NCBI GenBank assembly: GCA_964016885.1
Contig: CAXHJY010000928.1
Coordinates: 558,001-622,000, forward strand
Source of the DNA: Eledone cirrhosa
Lineage: Eukaryota
DNA length: 64,000 bases
Direction of reading: 5' to 3'
Within the stretch, counting starts at the first letter, position 1. The number at the start of each line of letters is the position of its first letter. A program made the translations under genes and the position numbers. The notes under the pieces are model-generated. The model searched no databases. It saw nothing but the letters and a program-made list of their open reading frames with translations, and was not told the origin of the DNA. This document shows, piece by piece, positions 1 through 13,400 of the stretch.

Positions 1-168
1 TGTGTTAGTGATGTTATGAGAGACACAAGAGACAACACTTACTACGCTGTCATCATTGTGTTAGTGATGTTATGAGAGAGACATGAGACTACACTTACTA
101 CACTGTCATCATTGTGTTAGTGATGTTATGAGAGAGACATGAGACAACACTTACTACACTGTCATCAT

Positions 169-598
169 TGTGTTAGTGATGTTATGAGAGACACAAGAGA
201 CAACACTTACTACGCTGTCATCATTGTGTTAGTGATGTTATGAGAGAGACATGAGACTACACTTACTACACTGTCATCATTGTGTTAGTGATGTTATGAG
301 AGACACAAGAGACAACACTTACTACGCTGTCATCATTGTGTTAGTGATGTTATGAGAGAGACATGAGACTACACTGTCATCATTGTGTTAGTGATGTTAT
401 GAGAGACACAAGAGACAACACTTACTACGCTGTCATCATTGTGTTAGTGATGTTATGAGAGAGACATGAGACTACACTTACTACACTGTCATCATTGTGT
501 TAGTGATGTTATGAGAGACACAAGAGACAACACTTACTACGCTGTCATCATTGTGTTAGTGATGTTATGAGAGAGACATGAGACTACACTGTCATCAT
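169..598. repeat. Local 215-bp tandem duplication (4 monomers: 56+56+56+47)
   Basis: The variant order CACAAG/TACGCT, GACTAC, CACAAG/TACGCT, 47-bp deletion monomer occurs at 169-383 and again at 384-598. Confidence 0.8.
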
Positions 599-799
599 TG
601 TGTTAGTGATGTTATGAGAGACACAAGAGACTACACTTACTACACTGTCATCATTGTGTTAGTGATGTTATGAGAGACACAAGAGACAACACTTACTACG
701 CTGTCATTGTATTAGTGGTGTTATGAGAGAGACATGAGACAACACTTACTACACTGTCATCATCGTGTTAGTGATGTTATGAGAGACACAAGAGACAAC

Positions 800-3700
800 A
801 CTTACTACACTGTCATCATTGTGTTAGTGATGTTTTGAGAGAGACATGAGACAACACTTACTACACTGTCATCATTGTGTTAGTGATGTTATGAGAGAGA
901 CATGAGACAACACTTACTACACTGTCATCATTGTGTTAGTGATTTTATGAGAGAGACATGAGACAACACTTACTACACTGTCATCATTGTATTAGTGATG
1001 TTATGAGAGAGACAAGAGACAACACTTACTACACTGTCATCATTGTGTTAGTGTTATGAGAGAGATGTTGAGACAGCACTTACTACACTGTCATCATTGT
1101 ATTAGTGGTGTTATGAGAGAGACATGAGACAACACTTACTACACTGTCATCATTGTGTTAGTGATGTTATGAGAGAGACATGAGTCAACACTTACTACAC
1201 TGTCATCATTGTGTTAGTGATGTTATGAGAGACACAAGAGACAACACTTACTACACTGTCATCATTGTTAGTGATGTTATGAGAGACACAAGAGACAACA
1301 CTTACTACACTGTCATCATTGTGTTAGTGATGTTATGAGAGAGACATGAGACAACACTTACTACACTGTCATCATTGTGTTAGTGATGTTATGAGATAGA
1401 CATGAGGCAACACCTACTACACTGTCATCATTGTATTAGTGATGTTATGAGAGAGACAAGAGAACACTTACTACAATGTCATCATTGTATAGTGGTGTTA
1501 TGAGAGAGATGTTGAGACAGCACTTACTACACTGTTAGCATTGTGTTAGTGATGTTATGAGAGAGACATGAGACAACACTTACTACACTGTCATCATTGT
1601 GTTAGTGATGTTATGAGAGAGACACAAGAGACAACACTTACTACACTGTCATCATTGTGTTAGTGATGTTATGAGAGAGACATGAGACAACACTTACTAC
1701 ACTGTCATCATTGTGTTAGTGATGTTATGAGAGAGACATGAGACAACACTTACTACACTGTCATCATTGTATTAGTGGTGTTATGAGAGAGGTTGAGACA
1801 GCACTTACTACACTGTTAGCATTGTGTTAGTGATGTTATGAGAGACACAAGAGACAACACTTACTACACTGTCATCATTGTGTTAGTGATGTTTTGAGAG
1901 ACACAAGATACAACACTTACTACACTGTCATCATTGTGTTAGTGATGTTATGGGAGAGACATGAGACAACACTTACTACACTGTCATCATTGTGTTAGTG
2001 ATGTTATGAGAGAGACATGAGACAACACTTACTACACTGTCATCATTGTGATAGTGATGTTATGAGAGAGACACGAGACAACACTTACTACACTGTCATC
2101 ATTGTGTTAGTGATGTTATGAGAGAGACATGAGACTACACTTACTACACTGTCATCATTGTTAGTGATGTTATGAGAGACACAAGAGACAACACTTACTA
2201 CACTGTCATCATTGTGTTAGTGATGTTATGAGAGAGACATGAGACTACACTTACTACACAGTCATCATTGTGTTAGTGATGTTATGAGAGACACAAGAGA
2301 CAACACTTACTACACTGTCATCATTGTGTTAGTGATGTTATGAGAGAGATGTTGAGACAGCACTTACTACACTGTCATTGTATTAGTGGTGTTATGAGAG
2401 AGACATGAGACAACACTTACTACACTGTCATCATTGTATTAGTGGTGTTATGAGAGAGACATGAGACAACACTTACTACACTGTCATCATTGTGTTAGTG
2501 ATGTTATGAGAGAGACATGAGACAACACTTACTACACTGTCATCATTGTATTAGTGATGTTATGGGAGAGACAAGAGACAACACTTACTACACTGTCATC
2601 ATTGTTAGTGATGTTATGAGAGACACAAGAGACAACACTTACTACACTGTCATCATTGTGTTAGTGATGTTATGAGAGAGACATGAGACAACACTTACTA
2701 CACTGTCATCATTGTGTTAGTGATGTTATGAGAGAGACATGAGACAACACTTACTACACTGTCATCATTGTATTAGTGATGTTATGAGAGAGACAAGAGA
2801 CAACACTTACTACACTGTCATCATTGTGTTAGTGATGTTATGAGAGACACAAGAGACAACACTTACTACGCTGTCATCATTGTGTTAGTGATGTTATGAG
2901 AGAGACATGAGACTACACTTACTACACTGTCATCATTGTGTTAGTGATGTTATGAGAGAGACATGAGACAACACTTACTACACTGTCATCATTGTGTTAG
3001 TGATGTTATGAGAGACACAAGAGACAACACTTACTACGCTGTCATCATTGTGTTAGTGATGTTATGAGAGAGACATGAGACTACACTTACTACACTGTCA
3101 TCATTGTGTTAGTGATGTTATGAGAGACACAAGAGACAACACTTACTACGCTGTCATCATTGTGTTAGTGATGTTATGAGAGAGACATGAGACTACACTG
3201 TCATCATTGTGTTAGTGATGTTATGAGAGACACAAGAGACAACACTTACTACGCTGTCATCATTGTGTTAGTGATGTTATGAGAGAGACATGAGACTACA
3301 CTTACTACACTGTCATCATTGTGTTAGTGATGTTATGAGAGAGACATGAGACAACACTTACTACACTGTCATCATTGTGTTAGTGATGTTATGAGAGACA
3401 CAAGAGACAACACTTACTACGCTGTCATCATTGTGTTAGTGATGTTATGAGAGAGACATGAGACAACACTTACTACACTGTCATCATTGTGTTAGTGATG
3501 TTTTGAGAGAGACATGAGACAACACTTACTACACTGTCATCATTGTGTTAGTGATGTTATGAGAGAGACATGAGACAACACTTACTACACTGTCATCATT
3601 GTGTTAGTGATTTTATGAGAGAGACATGAGACAACACTTACTACACTGTCATCATTGTATTAGTGATGTTATGAGAGAGACAAGAGACAACACTTACTAC

Positions 3701-6700
3701 ACTGTCATCATTGTGTTAGTGTTATGAGAGAGATGTTGAGACAGCACTTACTACACTGTCATCATTGTATTAGTGGTGTTATGAGAGAGACATGAGACAA
3801 CACTTACTACACTGTCATCATTGTGTTAGTGATGTTATGAGAGACACAAGAGACAACACTTACTACACTGTCATCATTGTTAGTGATGTTATGAGAGACA
3901 CAAGAGACAACACTTACTACACTGTCATCATTGTGTTAGTGATGTTATGAGAGAGACATGAGACAACACTTACTACACTGTCATCATTGTGTTAGTGATG
4001 TTATGAGATAGACATGAGGCAACACCTACTACACTGTCATCATTGTATTAGTGATGTTATGAGAGAGACAAGAGAACACTTACTACAATGTCATCATTGT
4101 ATAGTGGTGTTATGAGAGAGATGTTGAGACAGCACTTACTACACTGTTAGCATTGTGTTAGTGATGTTATGAGAGAGACATGAGACAACACTTACTACAC
4201 TGTCATCATTGTGTTAGTGATGTTATGAGAGAGACACAAGAGACAACACTTACTACACTGTCATCATTGTGTTAGTGATGTTATGAGAGAGACATGAGAC
4301 AACACTTACTACACTGTCATCATTGTGTTAGTGATGTTATGAGAGAGACATGAGACAACACTTACTACACTGTCATCATCGTGTTAGTGATATGAGAGAC
4401 ACAAGAGACAACACTTACTACACTGTCATCATTGTGTTAGTGATGTTTTGAGAGAGACATGAGACAACACTTACTACACTGTCATCATTGTGTTAGTGAT
4501 GTTATGAGAGAGACATGAGACAACACTTACTACACTGTCATCATTGTGTTAGTGATGTTATGAGAGAGACATGAGACAACACTTACTACACTGTCATCAT
4601 TGTGATAGTGATGTTATGAGAGAGACACGAGACAACACTTACTACACTGTCATCATTGTGTTAGTGATGTTATGAGAGAGACATGAGACTACACTTACTA
4701 CACTGTCATCATTGTTAGTGATGTTATGAGAGACACAAGAGACAACACTTACTACACTGTCATCATTGTGTTAGTGATGTTATGAGAGAGACATGAGACT
4801 ACACTTACTACACTGTCATCATTGTGTTAGTGATGTTATGAGAGACACAAGAGACAACACTTACTACACTGTCATCATTGTCTTAGTGATGTTATGAGAG
4901 AGATGTTGAGACAGCACTTACTACACTGTCATCATTGTGTTAGTGATGTTTTGAGAGAGACATGAGACAACACTTACTACACTGTCATCATTGTGTTAGC
5001 GATGTTATAAGAGAGACATGAGACAACACTTACTACACTGTCATCATTGTTAGTGATGTTATGAGAGACACAAGAGACAACACTTACTACACTGTCATCA
5101 TTGTGTTAGTGATGTTATGAGAGACATGAGACAACACTTACTACACTGTCATCATTGTATTAGTGATGTTATGAGAGAGACAAGAGACAACACTTACTAC
5201 ACTGTCATCATTGTTAGTGATGTTATGAGAGACACAAGAGACAACACTTACTACACTGTCATCATTGTGTTAGTGATGTTATGAGAGAGACATGAGACAA
5301 CACTTACTACACTGTCATCATTGTGTTAGTGATGTTATGAGAGAGACATGAGACAACACTTACTACACTGTCATCATTGTATTAGTGATGTTATGAGAGA
5401 CAAGAGACAACACTTACTACACTGTCATCATTGTGTTAGTGATGTTATGAGAGACACAAGAGACAACACTTACTACGCTGTCATCATTGTGTTAGTGATG
5501 TTATGAGAGAGACATGAGACTACACTTACTACACTGTCATCATTGTGTTAGTGATGTTATGAGAGAGACATGAGACAACACTTACTACACTGTCATCATT
5601 GTTAGTGATGTTATGAGAGACACAAGAGACAACACTTACTACGCTGTCATCATTGTGTTAGTGATGTTATGAGAGAGACATGAGACAACACTTACTACAC
5701 TGTCATCATTGTATTAGTGATGTTATGAGAGAGACAAGAGACAACACTTACTACACTGTCATCATTGTTAGTGTTGTTATGAGAGACACAAGAGACAACA
5801 CTTACTACACTGTCATCATTGTGTTAGTGATGTTATGAGAGAGACATGAGACAACACTTACTACACTGTCATCATTGTATTAGTGATGTTATGAGAGAGA
5901 CAAGAGACAACACTTACTACACTGTCAGCATTGTGTTAGTGATGTTTTGAGAGACATGAGACACTTACTACACTGTCATCATTGTGTTAGCGATGTTATA
6001 AGAGAGACATGAGACAACACTTACTACACTGTCATCATTGTGTAGTGATGTTATGAGAGACACAAGAGACAACACTTACTACACTGTCATCATTGTGTTA
6101 CTGATGTTATGAGAGAGACATGAGACAACACTTACTACACTGTCATCATTGTGTTAGTGATGTTATGAGAGAGACATGAGACAACACTTACTACACTGTC
6201 ATCATTGTATTAGTGATGTTATGAGAGAGACAAGAGACAACACTTACTACACTGTCATCATTGTGTTAGTGATGTTATGAGAGACACAAGAGACAACACT
6301 TACTACGCTGTCATCATTGTGTTAGTGATGTTATGAGAGAGACATGAGACTACACTTACTACACTGTCATCATTGTGTTAGTGATGTTATGAGAGAGACA
6401 TGAGACAACACTTACTACACTGTCATCATTGTGTTAGTGATGTTATGAGAGACACAAGAGACAACACTTACTACGCTGTCATCATTGTGTTAGTGATGTT
6501 ATGAGAGAGACATGAGACAACACTTACTACACTGTCATCATTGTGTTAGTGATGTTTTGAGAGAGACATGAGACAACACTTACTACACTGTCATCATTGT
6601 GTTAGTGATGTTATGAGAGAGACATGAGACAACACTTACTACACTGTCATCATTGTGTTAGTGATTTTATGAGAGAGACATGAGACAACACTTACTACAC

Positions 6701-9150
6701 TGTCATCATTGTATTAGTGATGTTATGAGAGTGACAAGAGACAACACTTACTACACTGTCATCATTGTGTTAGTGTTATGAGAGAGATGTTGAGACAGCA
6801 CTTACTACACTGTCATCATTGTATTAGTGGTGTTATGAGAGAGACATGAGACAACACTTACTACACTGTCATCATTGTGTTAGTGATGTTATGAGAGAGA
6901 CATGAGTCAACACTTACTACACTGTCATCATTGTGTTAGTGATGTTATGAGAGACACAAGAGACAACACTTACTACACTGTCATCATTGTTAGTGATGTT
7001 ATGAGAGACACAAGAGACAACACTTACTACACTGTCATCATTGTGTTAGTGATGTTATGAGAGAGACATGAGACAACACTTACTACACTGTCATCATTGT
7101 GTTAGTGATGTTATGAGATAGACATGAGGCAACACCTACTACACTGTCATCATTGTATTAGTGATGTTATGAGAGAGACAAGAGAACACTTACTACAATG
7201 TCATCATTGTATAGTGGTGTTATGAGAGAGATGTTGAGACAGCACTTACTACACTGTTAGCATTGTGTTAGTGATGTTATGAGAGAGACATGAGACAACA
7301 CTTACTACACTGTCATCATTGTGTTAGTGATGTTATGAGAGAGACACAAGAGACAACACTTACTACACTGTCATCATTGTGTTAGTGATGTTATGAGAGA
7401 GACATGAGACAACACTTACTACACTGTCATCATTGTGTTAGTGATGTTATGAGAGAGACATGAGACAACACTTACTACACTGTCATCATCGTGTTAGTGA
7501 TATGAGAGACACAAGAGACAACACTTACTACACTGTCATCATTGTGTTAGTGATGTTTTGAGAGAGACATGAGACAACACTTACTACACTGTCATCATTG
7601 TGTTAGTGATGTTATGAGAGAGACATGAGACAACACTTACTACACTGTCATCATTGTGTTAGTGATGTTATGAGAGAGACATGAGACAACACTTACTACA
7701 CTGTCATCATTGTGATAGTGATGTTATGAGAGAGACACGAGACAACACTTACTACACTGTCATCATTGTGTTAGTGATGTTATGAGAGAGACATGAGACT
7801 ACACTTACTACACTGTCATCATTGTTAGTGATGTTATGAGAGACACAAGAGACAACACTTACTACACTGTCATCATTGTGTTAGTGATGTTATGAGAGAG
7901 ACATGAGACTACACTTACTACACTGTCATCATTGTGTTAGTGATGTTATGAGAGACACAAGAGACAACACTTACTACACTGTCATCATTGTCTTAGTGAT
8001 GTTATGAGAGAGATGTTGAGACAGCACTTACTACACTGTCATCATTGTGTTAGTGATGTTTTGAGAGAGACATGAGACAACACTTACTACACTGTCATCA
8101 TTGTGTTAGCGATGTTATAAGAGAGACATGAGACAACACTTACTACACTGTCATCATTGTTAGTGATGTTATGAGAGACACAAGAGACAACACTTACTAC
8201 ACTGTCATCATTGTGTTAGTGATGTTATGAGAGACATGAGACAACACTTACTACACTGTCATCATTGTATTAGTGATGTTATGAGAGAGACAAGAGACAA
8301 CACTTACTACACTGTCATCATTGTTAGTGATGTTATGAGAGACACAAGAGACAACACTTACTACACTGTCATCATTGTGTTAGTGATGTTATGAGAGAGA
8401 CATGAGACAACACTTACTACACTGTCATCATTGTGTTAGTGATGTTATGAGAGAGACATGAGACAACACTTACTACACTGTCATCATTGTATTAGTGATG
8501 TTATGAGAGACAAGAGACAACACTTACTACACTGTCATCATTGTGTTAGTGATGTTATGAGAGACACAAGAGACAACACTTACTACGCTGTCATCATTGT
8601 GTTAGTGATGTTATGAGAGAGACATGAGACTACACTTACTACACTGTCATCATTGTGTTAGTGATGTTATGAGAGAGACATGAGACAACACTTACTACAC
8701 TGTCATCATTGTTAGTGATGTTATGAGAGACACAAGAGACAACACTTACTACGCTGTCATCATTGTGTTAGTGATGTTATGAGAGAGACATGAGACAACA
8801 CTTACTACACTGTCATCATTGTATTAGTGATGTTATGAGAGAGACAAGAGACAACACTTACTACACTGTCATCATTGTTAGTGATGTTATGAGAGACACA
8901 AGAGACAACACTTACTACACTGTCATCATTGTGTTAGTGATGTTATGAGAGAGACATGAGACAACACTTACTACACTGTCATCATTGTATTAGTGATGTT
9001 ATGAGAGAGACAAGAGACAACACTTACTACACTGTCAGCATTGTGTTAGTGATGTTTTGAGAGACATGAGACACTTACTACACTGTCATCATTGTGTTAG
9101 CGATGTTATAAGAGAGACATGAGACAACACTTACTACACTGTCATCATTG
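800..9150. repeat. Left-domain higher-order repeat, ~2.6-3.1 kb period (one partial and two near-identical copies)
   Basis: Private markers: CACCTAC at 1411/4023/7133, GATTTTATG at 941/3609/6663, TCTTAG at 4881/7991, ACTGTCAGCA at 5921/9031, GATAG..CACG at 4604/7714. The offset is a constant 3,110 bp between copies 2 and 3. Copy 2 lacks the GAGTCAA monomer, which explains the 56-bp offset shifts. Confidence 0.85.
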
Positions 9151-10478
9151 TATTAGTGATGTTATGAGAGAGACAAGAGACAACACTTACTACACTGTCA
9201 TCATTGTGTTAGTGATGTTATGAGAGACACAAGAGACAACACTTACTACGCTGTCATCATTGTGTTAGTGATGTTATGAGAGAGACATGAGACTACACTT
9301 ACTACACTGTCATCATTGTGTTAGTGATGTTATGAGAGAGACATGAGACAACACTTACTACACTGTCATCATTGTGTTAGTGATGTTATGAGAGACACAA
9401 GAGACAACACTTACTACGCTGTCATCATTGTGTTAGTGATGTTATGAGAGAGACATGAGACTACACTTACTACACTGTCATCATTGTGTTAGTGATGTTA
9501 TGAGAGACACAAGAGACAACACTTACTACGCTGTCATCATTGTGTTAGTGATGTTATGAGAGAGACATGAGACTACACTGTCATCATTGTGTTAGTGATG
9601 TTATGAGAGAGACATGAGACAACACTTACTACACTGTCATCATTGTGTTAGTGATGTTATGAGAGACACAAGAGACAACACTTACTACGCTGTCATCATT
9701 GTGTTAGTGATGTTATGTGAGAGACATGAGACTACACTTACTACACTGTCATCATTGTGTTAGTGATGTTATGAGAGACACTAGAGACAACACTTACTAC
9801 GCTGTCATCATTGTGTTAGTGATGTTATGAGAGAGACATGAGACTACACTTACTACACTGTCATCATTGTGTTAGTGATGTTATGAGAGAGACATGAGAC
9901 AACACTTACTACACTGTCATCATTGTATTAGTGATGTTATGAGAGAGACAAGAGACAACACTTACTACACTGTCAGCATTGTGTTAGTGATGTTTTGAGA
10001 GACATGAGACACTTACTACACTGTCATCATTGTATTAGTGATGTTATGAGAGAGACAAGAGACAACACTTACTACACTGTCATCATTGTGTTAGTGATGT
10101 TATGAGAGACACAAGAGACAACACTTACTACGCTGTCATCATTGTGTTAGTGATGTTATGAGAGAGACATGAGACTACACTTACTACACTGTCATCATTG
10201 TGTTAGTGATGTTATGAGAGACACAAGAGACAACACTTACTACGCTGTCATCATTGTGTTAGTGATGTTATGAGAGAGACATGAGACAACACTTACTACA
10301 CTGTCATCATTGTGTTAGTGATGTTATGAGAGAGACATGAGTCAACACTTACTACACTGTCATCATTGTGTTAGTGATGTTATGAGAGACACAAGAGACA
10401 ACACTTACTACACTGTCATCATTGTGTTAGTGATGTTATGAGAGAGACATGAGACAACACTTACTACACTGTCATCAT

Positions 10479-13400
10479 TGTGTTAGTGATGTTATGAGAT
10501 AGACATGAGGCAACACTTACTACACTGTCATCATTGTATTAGTGATGTTATGAGAGAGACAAGAGACAACACTTACTACACTGTCATCATTGTATTAGTG
10601 GTGTTATGAGAGAGATGTTGAGACAGCACTTACTACACTGTTAGAATTGTGTTAGTGATGTTATGAGAGAGACATGAGACAACACTTACTACACTGTCAT
10701 CATTGTGTTAGTGATGTTATGAGAGAGACATGAGACAACACTTACTGCACTGTCATCATTGTGTTAGTGATGTTATGAGAGACACAAGAGACAACACTTA
10801 CTACACTGTCATCATTGTGTTAGTGATGTTTTGAGAGACACAAGAGACAACACTTACTACACTGTCATCATTGTGTTAGTGATGTTATGAGAGAGACATG
10901 AGACAACACTTACTACACTGTCATCATTGTGATAGTGATGTTATGAGAGAGACACGAGACAACACTTACTACACTGTCATCATTGTGTTAGTGATGTTAT
11001 GAGAGAGACATGAGACTACACTTACTACACTGTCATCATTGTTAGTGCTGTTATGAGAGACACAAGAGACAACACTTACTACACTGTCATCATTGTGTTA
11101 GTGATGTTATGAGAGAGACATGAGACTACACTTACTACACTGTCATCATTGTGTTAGTGATGTTATGAGAGACACAAGAGACAACACTTACTACACTGTC
11201 ATCATTGTGTTAGTGATGTTATGAGAGAGATGTTGAGACAGCACTTACTACACTGTCATTGTATTAGTGGTGTTATGAGAGAGACACGAGACAACACTTA
11301 CTACACTGTCATCATTGTATTAGTGGTGTTATGAGAGAGACATGAGACAACACTTACTACACTGTCATCATTGTGTTAGTGATGTTATGAGAGAGACATG
11401 AGACAACACTTACTACACTGTCATCATTGTATTAGTGATGTTATGAGAGAGACAAGAGACAACACTTACTACACTGTCATCATTGTTAGTGACTTTATGA
11501 GAGACACAAGAGACAACACTTACTACACTGTCATCATTGTGTTAGTGATGTTATGAGAGAGACATGAGACAACACTTACTACACTGTCATCATTGTGTTA
11601 GTGATGTTATGAGAGAGACATGAGACAACACTTACTACACTGTCATCATTGTATTAGTGATGTTATGAGAGACACATGAGACAACACTTACTACGCTGTC
11701 ATCATTGTGTTAGTGATGTTATGAGAGAGACATGAGACTACACTTACTACACTGTCATCATTGTGTTAGTGATGTTATGAGAGACACAAGAGACAACACT
11801 TACTACGCTGTCATCATTGTGTTAGTGATGTTATGAGAGAGACATGAGACTACACTGTCATCATTGTGTTAGTGATGTTATGAGAGACACAAGAGACAAC
11901 ACTTACTACGCTGTCATCATTGTATTAGTGGTGTTATGAGAGAGACATGAGACAACACTTACTACACTGTCATCATTGTGTTAGTGATGTTATGAGAGAC
12001 ACAAGAGACTACACTTACTACACTGTCATCATTGTGTTAGTGATGTTATGAGAGACACAAGAGACAGCACTTACTACGCTGTCATCATTGTATTAGTGAT
12101 GTTTTGAGAGAGACATGAGACTACACTTACTACACTGTCATCATTGTGTTAGTGATGTTATGAGAGACACAAGAGACAACACTTACTACGCTGTCATCAT
12201 TGTGTTAGTGATGTTATGAGAGAGACATGAGACTACACTGTCATCATTGTGTTAGTGATGTTATGAGAGACACAAGAGACAACACTTACTACGCTGTCAT
12301 CATTGTATTAGTGGTGTTATGAGAGAGACATGAGACAACACTTACTACACTGTTATCATCGTGTTAGTGATATGAGAGACACAAGAGACAACACTTACTA
12401 CACTGTCATCATTGTGTTAGTGATGTTTTGAGAGAGACATGAGACAACACTTACTACACTGTCATCATTGTGTTAGCGATGTTATAAGAGAGACATGAGA
12501 CAACACTTACTACACTGTCATCATTGTGTTAGTGATGTTATGAGAGAGACATGAGACAACACTTACTACACTGTCATCATTGTGTTAGTGATGTTATGAG
12601 AGACACAAGAGACTACACTTACTACACTGTCATCATTGTGTTAGTGATGTTATGAGAGACACAAGAGACAGCACTTACTACGCTGTCATCATTGTATTAG
12701 TGGTGTTATGAGAGAGACATGAGACAACACTTACTACACTGTCATCATCGTGTTAGTGATATGAGAGACACAAGAGACAACACTTACTACACTGTCATCA
12801 TTGTGTTAGTGATGTTTTGAGAGAGACATGAGACAACACTTACTACACTGTCATCATTGTGTTAGTGATGTTATGAGAGAGACATGAGACAACACTTACT
12901 ACACTGTCATCATTGTGATAGTGATGTTATGAGAGAGACACGAGACAACACTTACTACACTGTCATCATTGTGTTAGTGATGTTATGAGAGAGACATGAG
13001 ACTACACTTACTACACTGTCATCATTGTTAGTGATGTTATGAGAGACACAAGAGACAACACTTACTACACTGTCATCATTGTGTTAGTGATGTTATGAGA
13101 GAGACATGAGACTACACTTACTACACTGTCATCATTGTGTTAGTGATGTTATGAGAGACACAAGAGACAACACTTACTACACTGTCATCATTGTGTTAGT
13201 GATGTTATGAGAGAGATGTTGAGACAGCACTTACTACACTGTCATTGTATTAGTGGTGTTATGAGAGAGACATGAGACAACACTTACTACACTGTCATCA
13301 TTGTATTAGTGGTGTTATGAGAGAGACATGAGACAACACTTACTACACTGTCATCATTGTGTTAGTGATGTTATGAGAGAGACATGAGACAACACTTACT

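Noticed and set aside
5-10. Telomere-like TTAGTG / TTAGTGG motif
   Set aside because: It is a single one-mismatch hexamer per 56 bp, never tandem, with no G-runs to form quadruplexes.
50-56. Hammerhead ribozyme core or snoRNA box C (ATGATGA on the - strand)
   Set aside because: Satellite hammerheads need CTGATGA plus GAAA and three stems, which are missing. There is no box D (CTGA) in the consensus.
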